Origin: Phycisphaerales bacterium
GTDB lineage: Bacteria > Planctomycetota > Phycisphaerae > Phycisphaerales > SM1A02
Reading direction: 5' to 3'
Length of the DNA stretch: 24,000 bases
Assembly (NCBI GenBank): GCA_030750825.1
Contig: JASMHJ010000001.1
Span: forward strand, 26,308 to 50,307
Below are positions 8,755-18,100 of the stretch, piece by piece; the first letter of the stretch is position 1; the number at the start of each line of letters is the position of its first letter. The position numbers were made by a program, and so were the translations under genes. The notes below the pieces were generated by a model, which was not told the DNA's origin, searched no databases, and saw only the letters and a list, made by a program, of their open reading frames with translations.

Positions 8755-10518
8755 TCATCCGTTTGGCGAGTCTCTTCGGCTGGTCTCCGGTCCTTTATCC
8801 GGCGACACGCCGAGGTAGGGGAGTACGCCGTCCACCAGATCCCGCACCACCGGGCCGGCGGTCGAGCCGCCGTACCAGGCGCCCAGCGAGCGGTCGGGAT
8901 CGTCGATGACACACACGATGACGATGCGGGGGGTGTCTGCCGGGGCCCCAGCGATGAAACTCGACACATAACGATCTTCGTGATAGCCGCCTCCCTCGGC
9001 CTTGGGGAGTTGGGCGGTGCCGGACTTGCCGAACATCGAGTACGTTTCAGACTGCGCTCGCTTGCCCGTTCCTTCGGTCATCACCCGCACCATCGTGCGG
9101 CGGGTGAGTGAGGCGATCTCCGGTTCGAATACCGGAACGAAGAGCAGCGGCGTTTCGGCAGCGCGGGCTCGCGTGGTTGCTGTCGGCATCCGACCATCGC
9201 ATGCGAAGACACAGAATGCTCGCGCCATCTGCACCGGTGTCACGGCGATCTCGTGCCCCATCGCCACCGAGGTCTGGGTGTAAGCGGACCAATTCCGCTC
9301 GCTGGTCACGATACCTCCCGTTTCACCGGGAAGTCCACATCCGGTCGGTTGTCCGAAACCCAGCGACGTGATGAGTTCCCGCAGGCGAACTCGCTTCATC
9401 CGCTCGGCGACGATTGCCATGCCGCTGTTGAGTGATTTGATCAGCACCATTCTCCAGGATGTGGGGCCACGATAGTGCGCATCACGAATGCGGCGGCCGA
9501 ATGATGTGCGGTGTGGCCCGTTCGAGGGAGTCTGGAGCACTTCGTCTGGATCCGCGAGCCCATCCTGCGTCGCAGCGGCCCAGACGAAAGGCTTGAAGGT
9601 CGAGCCGGGCTCGTAAGGATCGGTGACGCATCGGTTGCGGCGAAGGCGGGGATCGGTGTTCGTCTCGCCAGCATTCACATCAACTGCAGCAAGCAGTTCG
9701 CCCGTGCGGCAGTCCATCACGACAACGCGGCCACCCGCTGCTCCGCATTTGGCGACGGCGTTGCTCAGTTGCATGTGAGCCAGCCGTTGAATGGCCAGAT
9801 CGATACTCAGCCTGATCGACTCACCATCGGCACCGGGGTCAAATCCATCTGGCGGGATCCACATCGTGCGTCGTTTCGCGTCGCGGATCGTATGAAGGCG
9901 TCCAGAGGTCGGGTGCAGCGACCCGTCCATGGAATGCTCAAGCCCGGCGAGTCCCGAGTGTTCGAAACCGACGACGCCCACGAGCGAGGCGGCATCGAGG
10001 GCCTGCGGGTAATGTCGGATTGGCCGCGGCTCAAGGCCGATGCCTCGAATGTGTTCCGATCGCAGCCGCTCAACTTGCCACGGTTCGAGGATGCCGGACA
10101 CCGGGATATACCGGCGGTGCAGGCGACCGGACAGGGCTCGGTCGGTATCGATGGCCGGAATACCGATGGCCTCATCGAGCCGGGCACCGAGCAGAGTCGG
10201 ATCTTCGGCTTCCACGGGATCGGCAAAGGCCCGCCAGCCAAGCGAGGTCGTTGCCAGCAATCGCCCACGCCGATCGAGCATGTCGCCGCGGCGGACGAGG
10301 GTGTGGCGGATGCTGGAATTGCCTGCGACTTCTGCGGTGAGTTGTGGACTCGGAGATTCCTGGAGTTGCAGCACCCGCAGCGGTATCAGCAGCAGGCCGA
10401 CTGTCGTCACGATCGCCAGCGCGGTACCCCATGAAGCGATCCGCAGTGATTGCTGGCCGCAAATTCGCTGCGATTGCAGACGAGCAGCATCCCGACTCGC
10501 TTGTTCACCGAACGTCAT
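8755..10518 (-). CDS. ftsI: Peptidoglycan D,D-transpeptidase (class B PBP, FtsI/PBP3-like)
   Basis: Catalytic triad of motifs: GSTFKPF (SxxK), SLNSGM (SxN), KSGTAQ (KS/TG). N-terminal TM WGTALAIVTTVGLLLIPL. Lies immediately after the ftsL-like gene. Start taken at ATG 10518 (MTFGEQ...); upstream Mets at 10563/10566/10638 are possible but overlap ftsL further. Confidence 0.85.
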   Translation of the reverse strand: MTFGEQASRDAARLQSQRICGQQSLRIASWGTALAIVTTVGLLLIPLRVLQLQESPSPQLTAEVAGNSSIRHTLVRRGDMLDRRGRLLATTSLGWRAFADPVEAEDPTLLGARLDEAIGIPAIDTDRALSGRLHRRYIPVSGILEPWQVERLRSEHIRGIGLEPRPIRHYPQALDAASLVGVVGFEHSGLAGLEHSMDGSLHPTSGRLHTIRDAKRRTMWIPPDGFDPGADGESIRLSIDLAIQRLAHMQLSNAVAKCGAAGGRVVVMDCRTGELLAAVDVNAGETNTDPRLRRNRCVTDPYEPGSTFKPFVWAAATQDGLADPDEVLQTPSNGPHRTSFGRRIRDAHYRGPTSWRMVLIKSLNSGMAIVAERMKRVRLRELITSLGFGQPTGCGLPGETGGIVTSERNWSAYTQTSVAMGHEIAVTPVQMARAFCVFACDGRMPTATTRARAAETPLLFVPVFEPEIASLTRRTMVRVMTEGTGKRAQSETYSMFGKSGTAQLPKAEGGGYHEDRYVSSFIAGAPADTPRIVIVCVIDDPDRSLGAWYGGSTAGPVVRDLVDGVLPYLGVSPDKGPETSRRDSPNG

Positions 10519-10768
10519 TGGTGTCTGACTCACGCCAAGCTGGCACCGCCGCCGCCCAGTCATCATGTGGCTCGGCCTTGAGCATGCCTGGGCGGGCCAG
10601 CGACGCGACCTCGGCGCGAAGTTGCCACAGGCGGGCACGGTCGGCGTCGAGTGCGTGGTGGAGGGTGCTCATGTTGTGGATGACGGCGATCCGCTGCTGT
10701 CGCAGTGAGAGCAGCAGCAGGCCGGCGGCCGCGACGGCCACAATCATCAGCAGGAAGCGATTCCTCAT
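10505..10768 (-). CDS. ftsL: FtsL-like small bitopic cell-division protein
   Basis: 87 aa. Single N-terminal TM (FLLMIVAVAAAGLLLLSL) followed by a short coiled-coil-like segment (LHHALDADRARLWQLRAEVASL). Canonical position between rsmH and ftsI. Its start ATG overlaps the upstream stop (ATGA). Confidence 0.5.
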   Translation of the reverse strand: MRNRFLLMIVAVAAAGLLLLSLRQQRIAVIHNMSTLHHALDADRARLWQLRAEVASLARPGMLKAEPHDDWAAAVPAWRESDTNDVR

Positions 10769-11463
10769 GGCTGCCCTGTCGCCTCCGCGAGCGGGTACCG
10801 CAGACGGGTTCCGATGGAGAGCGTATCGGCGCTGCGAAGCCGATCGCGATTGAGTTCAAGCAACCGGTTGGTTTGTTTGGCCGAACCCATCAGTTGCTGG
10901 GCCAGTTCCGAAAGGGTGTCGCCGGGGCGAACGGTGTACTCCGCCATGGTGGGCGGTGACGCGAGTTCGACAGTTGGCGCTGTGGCCAGAGGCGGTGGAT
11001 CACTCACGGTCAGTTCTGATGGAATAATCAGTCTGACGCCTTGATGGAGTCGATCCGGATTGGGCAGGCCGTTGTGCTGGGCCAAGGCTGCGGCGAATTC
11101 ACGATTGCCGTAGTACTGCATCGCAATGGAGGACATCGTGTCACCCGTTCGGACGGCATGGACCGGGTCCGTCATGCCCGCCACGGCAGGAAGCGTGAGC
11201 GAGAGATCAACGGCTCCCGTGGCCGCGGCCACGAGCGGTTGGTACTCGATCGGATACTCCCCGACACCTTGCATGGGATCGTCAATGACGATGCTGCCGG
11301 GGGTCCCTCGGGCCACCTCTGCCAGATGGTCCGACATCAGAATGCCGACAACCAGCAGCATCGCAAATCCGATGACCAGCGCGAACTTGTTCTCTCGAGT
11401 CATCGCCTCGCGTCCATGCGTGGTGGCCTCTCTCCAATCGATCAACCGGACTCCCGCATCCAT
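10765..11463 (-). CDS. Membrane-anchored tandem LysM (peptidoglycan-binding) protein
   Basis: TM FALVIGFAMLLVVGILM. LysM 1: HAVRTGDTMSSIAMQYYGNREFAAALAQHNGLPNPDRLHQGVRLIIP. LysM 2: YTVRPGDTLSELAQQLMG...LLELNRDRLRSADTLSIGTRLRYP. Alternative start ATG 11403. Confidence 0.8.
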   Translation of the reverse strand: MDAGVRLIDWREATTHGREAMTRENKFALVIGFAMLLVVGILMSDHLAEVARGTPGSIVIDDPMQGVGEYPIEYQPLVAAATGAVDLSLTLPAVAGMTDPVHAVRTGDTMSSIAMQYYGNREFAAALAQHNGLPNPDRLHQGVRLIIPSELTVSDPPPLATAPTVELASPPTMAEYTVRPGDTLSELAQQLMGSAKQTNRLLELNRDRLRSADTLSIGTRLRYPLAEATGQP

Positions 11464-11478
11464 GCGGGGGCGGACTGA

Positions 11479-12399
11479 TCACTCAATTGTCGACCGGACG
11501 ACCCGCAGCCGCGCGCTGCGGCTCCGCGGGTTCCGATCCTGCTCCTCTTGTCCCGCCCGAACCGCACCGGCGGAGACATCGGAAGCGAGCCCATTGCGAA
11601 CCAGTTTCGTGAAGCACTGCTTGACCGGCCGGTCCTCGAGGCTGTGAAAGGCGATAATGCCGATCCTCGCGCCGAGGCGGAGCCAAGACGTGTCGTCCGC
11701 TTGCAGCGCCCGCGTCAGTCGATCGAGCAGCGTTTGGAGTGCTGCCAGCTCATCATTGACCGCGATCCGGAGCGCCTGAAAGGTGCGGGTCGCGGGATGT
11801 TGACGCGAGGTGCGGGCTCGGACGCCATAGGCTTCACGGACCAAGTCCGCGAGTTGACCCGTCGTGTGAATCGGCCGTTGCGATCGCTCCTGTGCAACTT
11901 TTTGAGCGATGCGGGCGGCGAGTGGCTCTTCGCCGTGGCGGGCAATGAGCTCGGCGAGGTCCCGCTCGGGCAGCGAAGCAAGCAAAGAGGCTGCGGTGAT
12001 CGGGCCGGTCGGGTCCAGCCGCATGTCCAGCGGCCCGTCGTGGCGGAAGGAGAAGCCACGGGTCGGATCATCGACTTGATTGGATGCGAAGCCGAGGTCG
12101 GCCAGCACGATGTCGGCGGCGAGCCCGGCCCCCTGTAGTGTTTCCGGGGCGCGGACGAAGTTGCCGTGCGTGCTGTGGCAGGTGATCCCGGCCTCGCGGA
12201 GCCGAGCATCAGCGAAGGCGAGATTCGTTTCGTCCAGGTCCATGCCGACCACCGTGGTGTTGTCGGCCGCACCTGCGAGCGCGGCCGAATGACCGCCACG
12301 GCCGAGCGTGCAGTCGAGGATGACATCACCGGGCTGTGGAGCCAGCAGGGTGACAACTTCGTCGAGCAGGACGGGGTGATGGTTCGGAGGCGTGGTCAT
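11479..12399 (-). CDS. rsmH: 16S rRNA (cytosine1402-N4)-methyltransferase RsmH/MraW
   Basis: HHPVLLDEVVTLLAPQPGDVILDCTLGRGGHSAAL, DLGFASNQVDDPTRGFSF, DGPLDMRLD, IAFHSLEDRPVKQ, ARLRV. Confidence 0.95.
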   Translation of the reverse strand: MTTPPNHHPVLLDEVVTLLAPQPGDVILDCTLGRGGHSAALAGAADNTTVVGMDLDETNLAFADARLREAGITCHSTHGNFVRAPETLQGAGLAADIVLADLGFASNQVDDPTRGFSFRHDGPLDMRLDPTGPITAASLLASLPERDLAELIARHGEEPLAARIAQKVAQERSQRPIHTTGQLADLVREAYGVRARTSRQHPATRTFQALRIAVNDELAALQTLLDRLTRALQADDTSWLRLGARIGIIAFHSLEDRPVKQCFTKLVRNGLASDVSAGAVRAGQEEQDRNPRSRSARLRVVRSTIE

Positions 12400-12412
12400 G
12401 GCAAGGGGTGTA

Positions 12413-14728
12413 TTACAGCAGTGATACCGGATCGACGTCGACGCTGATGCCCGGATTGCTCAGCACCCGCTCATGGAGCGCCATATGGAGCCATCGCTGC
12501 ATCGTCTCGGCGGTCGCGGCGGTCATCAGGGTCTCTCGCCGGTGCCGCCCGCGAATCCGCGCAAGCGGGCAGGGCATGGGGCCGAGCAGTTCGCACGTTC
12601 TGTCCGGCGCAATTGTCTGCAGCGTCTTGCTTGCCCGTTCAATCAGACGCTCGCACTCGGTGAGTTCGGTGTGCTCTGCCAGTACGCGAGCCATTCTGGT
12701 GGCGGGGGGCAGGCCGGCTTCCTGGCGGTGCTTCAGTTCGTCCCGGAGATAGACCTCAGTTTCACCCGCCGCCGCCAAGGCGATCGAGGGGGCATCTGGA
12801 TCCATGGTTTGCACGATTGCCAGGCCGGGGTCGCGGCCGCGGCCGCAGCGTCCGGTGACCTGACTGACCAGTTGGAAGGTCCGCTCGCTGGCGCGGAAGT
12901 CGGGGAGGTGAATCGCCGTATCGGCATCAACGACGCCCACGAGATGTACGCCTGGCACATCGAGTCCCTTGGCGATCATCTGCGTGCCGAGCAGGACGCG
13001 AATGCGACCTTCGGCGAGTGCCGAGAGCACGGTGTGGTACTGGTCGGCCCGCTGCATGCTGTCTGAGTCCATCCGTTGCAGCGTGTCATTGGCGACCAGC
13101 TCCGGCCGCAGGGCGAGCACTTCCTCTTCGATACGCTGCGTTCCGAGGCCCAGCCGCGCCGGACGTGCGCCGCAGTCGGGGCAGGTGCTGGGAAGCCGTA
13201 CTTCTCGGTGACAGTGGTGACACCGCACGAAGCCGCTTGATGGCAGGTTGCCGGCATGGTGATAGACCATCGTGGCATCACAGTGGAGGCACTCAAGCGT
13301 CCAGCCACACCGCCGGCTGCTGCAGGCGACGTAGGTGGCCCATCCACGGCGATTCAACAGGAGCAACGCTTGATGTCCCTCATCAAGCGTTCTGCTCAAG
13401 GCGTGACGAAGGGTCGGTCCCATCGCGGCGTGGCGGCCTTCATCGGCGCGGCGTTCCTCCGCGATATCGACAAGACGGGTTCGCGGTAGCGTGAGACCAG
13501 GTGCGCGGTGTGGGAGATGATGGAGCGACCAATCTGCACGCGACGCCGCGTTGTGCCAACTCTCAAGTGAAGGAGTGGCCGAGCAGAGCAGCACCGGGCA
13601 GCCCGCCATCTGGGCTCGTCGTATGGCGACATCGCGTCCGTGATACCGCGGGTTGGAATCCTGTTTGAAGGAGGCATCGTGTTCTTCGTCGACGACGATC
13701 AATCCGAGTGAGCCGACTGGAAACGGTGCAAAGACGCCGCTGCGGGCGCCAAGCACGATGCGAGCATCGCCAGCGTGAATCGCTTGCCAGTGGGCGTTTC
13801 GGGCAGCAGCGGGGAGGGCGGAGTGGATCATCGCGATCTGCTGCTGCTGAAATCGGTGCGAGAGCCTTGCTGCAGTTTGGGGCGTCAAGGCGATTTCGGG
13901 CACGAGCACCAACACCGCCTGCCCGCGGGCAAGTACCTGCTCGATCAGTCGCAGGTACACCTCAGTCTTGCCCCCTCCGGTGACACCGCGGAGCAGATGT
14001 GCCGAGAAGCCTCCGCGCAGAACTTGACCGACAGCATCGATGATGCGGGCTTGGTCCTCGGTGGGCAGCGGCGGTGGGGTGGTATCGATCAGGCGAGGTG
14101 TCCACGCGGTTTCGATCGAGGTGCGGCGATGCTCCAGCAGCAGGCCCTTCTTGACGAGCCCGTCGATCGGCGTGTTGGTTCCAATTCCGGCGAGAATGCG
14201 GAGCGCGGTCCGCTCGATGGGCAATTCATCCCGGGCGAGCGTGTCGATGGTTTTCAGCACTTGTTTTTGCGCGGGGCCCAGACGCGGCAATTTATCGGGA
14301 AGGGTCGTCGGTTCGAGGTATCGCTTCTGGACAGCGCCGATGCCACGTTTGACCGGCGCGGGCACCATGGCCGAGAGTGTGGGGCCCAGCGGCGCCAGGT
14401 AGTACCGAGCAATCCAGCATCCCAGTTCGATCAGATCCGCCGGAACAGACTGTGCTGCTCGTTTGGCTGTGACATGTTTGATGGTGGCGGGTCCATCGTC
14501 TGCCTCATCGTCGCGGGCTACGACCCAGCCGGCGGTGGGCGTATTGCCCCGGCCAAGCGGAACGGTGACCGCTTCGCCCACCGCGAGATCCTCCAGTTCT
14601 GGGGGCAGGGCGTATGAGAGTCCTGTGCCCGCCACGTCGATGGGGCGATCAACCGCGACGCGGACCCAGCCAACCACAGGTTCGGGGAACAACTCCTGCA
14701 CGGCTGCATTGTCTACACTTCGCGGCAT
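12413..14728 (-). CDS. priA: Primosomal protein N' (replication restart helicase PriA)
   Basis: Walker A GVTGGGKTEVY, VLVPEIALTPQ, DEEHD box (VVDEEHDASFKQ). Cys-rich zinc region CSSRRCGWTLECLHCDATMVYH...CHHCHREVRLPSTCPDCG. LGTQMIAKGLDVPGV. First ATG is 14728; in-frame GTGs at 14701 and 14677 (MVGWVRVAVDRP...) are plausible alternatives. The track start 14836 is an extension. Confidence 0.9.
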   Translation of the reverse strand: MPRSVDNAAVQELFPEPVVGWVRVAVDRPIDVAGTGLSYALPPELEDLAVGEAVTVPLGRGNTPTAGWVVARDDEADDGPATIKHVTAKRAAQSVPADLIELGCWIARYYLAPLGPTLSAMVPAPVKRGIGAVQKRYLEPTTLPDKLPRLGPAQKQVLKTIDTLARDELPIERTALRILAGIGTNTPIDGLVKKGLLLEHRRTSIETAWTPRLIDTTPPPLPTEDQARIIDAVGQVLRGGFSAHLLRGVTGGGKTEVYLRLIEQVLARGQAVLVLVPEIALTPQTAARLSHRFQQQQIAMIHSALPAAARNAHWQAIHAGDARIVLGARSGVFAPFPVGSLGLIVVDEEHDASFKQDSNPRYHGRDVAIRRAQMAGCPVLLCSATPSLESWHNAASRADWSLHHLPHRAPGLTLPRTRLVDIAEERRADEGRHAAMGPTLRHALSRTLDEGHQALLLLNRRGWATYVACSSRRCGWTLECLHCDATMVYHHAGNLPSSGFVRCHHCHREVRLPSTCPDCGARPARLGLGTQRIEEEVLALRPELVANDTLQRMDSDSMQRADQYHTVLSALAEGRIRVLLGTQMIAKGLDVPGVHLVGVVDADTAIHLPDFRASERTFQLVSQVTGRCGRGRDPGLAIVQTMDPDAPSIALAAAGETEVYLRDELKHRQEAGLPPATRMARVLAEHTELTECERLIERASKTLQTIAPDRTCELLGPMPCPLARIRGRHRRETLMTAATAETMQRWLHMALHERVLSNPGISVDVDPVSLL

Positions 14729-15893
14729 GGCCGCTGCATCACCATCCGCTCGCGTGATTCTTGAGGACGGGGCGGTGTTTCGCGGCTGCAGTTTCGGGGC
14801 GGAGGTGGACGCCGCGGGGGAGGTTGTGTTCTGCACGGCGATGACCGGGTACCAAGAGGCCCTGACCGATCCGAGTTATCGTGGCCAGATTCTGACGCTG
14901 ACGGCCTCCCATATTGGCAATTACGGGGTCTGCGAGCACGACATTGAATCTGCAGGGCCGCAGGTGGCAGGATTCGTCGTGCGGGAGGCGGCTGCGATTC
15001 GCTCGAACTGCCGGTCTGAGCAGGATCTTGGGGCGTGGCTGGCCGGCTGCGGTGTACCGGCGGTCACGGGGATCGACACGCGGGCCTTGGTCCGCCGCCT
15101 GCGTGGAGGTGGGGCGATGCGCGGGATGATCGTGGTGGGGGAGGCCCGTAGTAACCATGATGTGCTGGAAGCCATTCGATCACAGCCGCAGATGGTTGGG
15201 CAGGACTTGGCATCCGAGGCCGGTGCCGCCAGTCCTGGATCGTGGACCGACTCGATCGACTGCTGGTGGCCAGTTCCAGCCGAGGTTCCCACGCAGCCAT
15301 ACCGCGTGGTGGCCATCGACTGCGGGGCCAAGCGAAATATTTACCGGCATCTGGTTGCCGCGGGCTGCGATGTGCGAACCGTGCCGGTGGGGACCACTGC
15401 GGCGAAAATCCTTGCCATGGAGCCTGAGGGCGTCTTTATCTCGAATGGGCCGGGAGACCCTGCTGCTGTGACTGCTGGCATTGAGACCATTCGCGGGCTG
15501 GTCGGCAAGGTACCGATGTTCGGGATATGTTTGGGTCACCAATTGCTGGCGCTGGCCCTCGGGGCGACGACTTGGAAGCTGCCCTTCGGTCACCGCGGGG
15601 CGAATCAGCCGGTGCGGGATCTCAAGACCGGTCGGATCTTCATTACCAGTCAAAACCATGGGTTCTGTGTCGATGGGGACTCCCTTGAGCGGGTGGACTG
15701 CCAAGTCACACACTCGCACCTGAATGATGGCACGGTGGCCGGATTCCGCCACAGAACGCTGCCGATTCATGGCCTGCAGTTCCACCCCGAGGCTTCACCT
15801 GGTCCGCACGAGGCGGCCCTGCTTTTTGACACCTTCACGCGGGAAATGTCGGCTCTTCGCGGGGGGTCGGTGGTTGCAGGCGAGGCCTTATAG
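14727..15893 (+). CDS. carA: Carbamoyl-phosphate synthase small (glutaminase) subunit
   Basis: ARVILEDGAVFRGCSFGA...GEVVFCTAMTGYQEALTDPSYRGQILTLT. GATase catalytic Cys motif FGICLGHQLLALA, plus QFHPEASPGPHE. Start at ATG 14727 gives 388 aa; GTG 14754 is an alternative. Track start 14463 is an antisense-overlap extension. Confidence 0.9.
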   Translation: MAAASPSARVILEDGAVFRGCSFGAEVDAAGEVVFCTAMTGYQEALTDPSYRGQILTLTASHIGNYGVCEHDIESAGPQVAGFVVREAAAIRSNCRSEQDLGAWLAGCGVPAVTGIDTRALVRRLRGGGAMRGMIVVGEARSNHDVLEAIRSQPQMVGQDLASEAGAASPGSWTDSIDCWWPVPAEVPTQPYRVVAIDCGAKRNIYRHLVAAGCDVRTVPVGTTAAKILAMEPEGVFISNGPGDPAAVTAGIETIRGLVGKVPMFGICLGHQLLALALGATTWKLPFGHRGANQPVRDLKTGRIFITSQNHGFCVDGDSLERVDCQVTHSHLNDGTVAGFRHRTLPIHGLQFHPEASPGPHEAALLFDTFTREMSALRGGSVVAGEAL

Positions 15894-16023
15894 AACTACC
15901 GTACGCCATCCTCCGCGCCTCTGAATTGGATTCGCCCGGCTGCGGCCAAGACGCTGAGAGTCGCCTCCACGATCGAGGTTTGTGGGTGGGAATCTGTTCG
16001 CGAGTTTCAGAGTGGAGAACACC

Positions 16024-17571
<1,548 letters not shown>

Positions 17572-17578
17572 CAACTCG

Positions 17579-17615
17579 CCCCACAACAAGGCTGGAAACG
17601 AGGCTCGATGTGGGG
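17579..17615. terminator. Weak inverted repeat between convergent genes (possible bidirectional terminator)
   Basis: CCCCACA (17579-17585) pairs with TGTGGGG (17609-17615). The loop is 23 nt and there is no U-tract. Confidence 0.15.
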
Positions 17616-17624
17616 GCTGCGATG

Positions 17625-17930
17625 CTACTCATCCACAAAGCGAAGCGTTGTCGGGCCCACTTCTACTTCGAGACCATGCTCAAGTCGCACATCGTCAATG
17701 GGCTCGCCGTTGAGCAGTGTGCCGCCACTTGAATCCAGGTCACGGAGGTAATACTCGCCGTCCACCTGCTCGATGATGCAGTGCTCCCGCGATACGGATG
17801 CCGCTGAGATCCGCACATCGCAATCCGCGTCCCGACCGATCAGAATCTCTGCGTTGTCGCCGATAGCGAACGCGCCAACCAACTGCTCGGTCTTTCGGCT
17901 AATCACATGGAGTTCAAGCATGATCGTCAT
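17625..17930 (-). CDS. Stand-alone FHA-domain protein (101 aa)
   Basis: LIGRDADCDVRISAASVSREHCIIEQVDGEYYLRDLDSSGGTLLNGEPI carries the FHA core (GR...SR.H...DL.S..GT..NG). Start taken at ATG 17930 (MTIMLELHV...), preceded by GGGAAGGG. Track start 18026 is an extension. Confidence 0.8.
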   Translation of the reverse strand: MTIMLELHVISRKTEQLVGAFAIGDNAEILIGRDADCDVRISAASVSREHCIIEQVDGEYYLRDLDSSGGTLLNGEPIDDVRLEHGLEVEVGPTTLRFVDE

Positions 17931-18100
17931 GGCCCTTCCCGTGCACGGTATCCGACTCTGGGGGCGGCTGCGTGTCAAGCCCCCGAATCTGCGTACGAGG
18001 GGCGGCGTAAGTGGCCTGCCATCCAATAATTCGCATTCCTTCGGGCTTCGGTTGCAGCAGAATTCAAGCCGACTCTGAACCGAACCTTACAATTCCCGCC

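Noticed and set aside
7758-8969. 403-aa ORF on the - strand covering the UbiA-like gene and the ftsI 3' end
   Set aside because: Arg/Pro/His/Cys-rich low-complexity translation with no recognisable motifs. It is antisense to a well-formed polytopic membrane protein and runs across a gene boundary. This is a typical high-GC shadow ORF.
14463-14836. Long N-terminal extensions of both carA (from 14463) and priA (to 14836) in the ORF track
   Set aside because: Each extension is antisense to the conserved N-terminus of the other gene and is Ser/Thr/Pro/Ala-rich. Homology-consistent starts lie at or inside 14677-14754.
17952-18077. 9-bp direct repeat CCGACTCTG (17952-17960 and 18069-18077), each about 22-24 bp from the FHA and waaA start codons, plus the GGGGGC/GCCCCC inverted repeat at 17960-17984
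   Set aside because: A single 9-mer coincidence in a 170-bp GC-rich spacer is not compelling. The copies have the same orientation relative to the genome and so opposite orientation relative to the two genes. Worth a look only if conserved in relatives.
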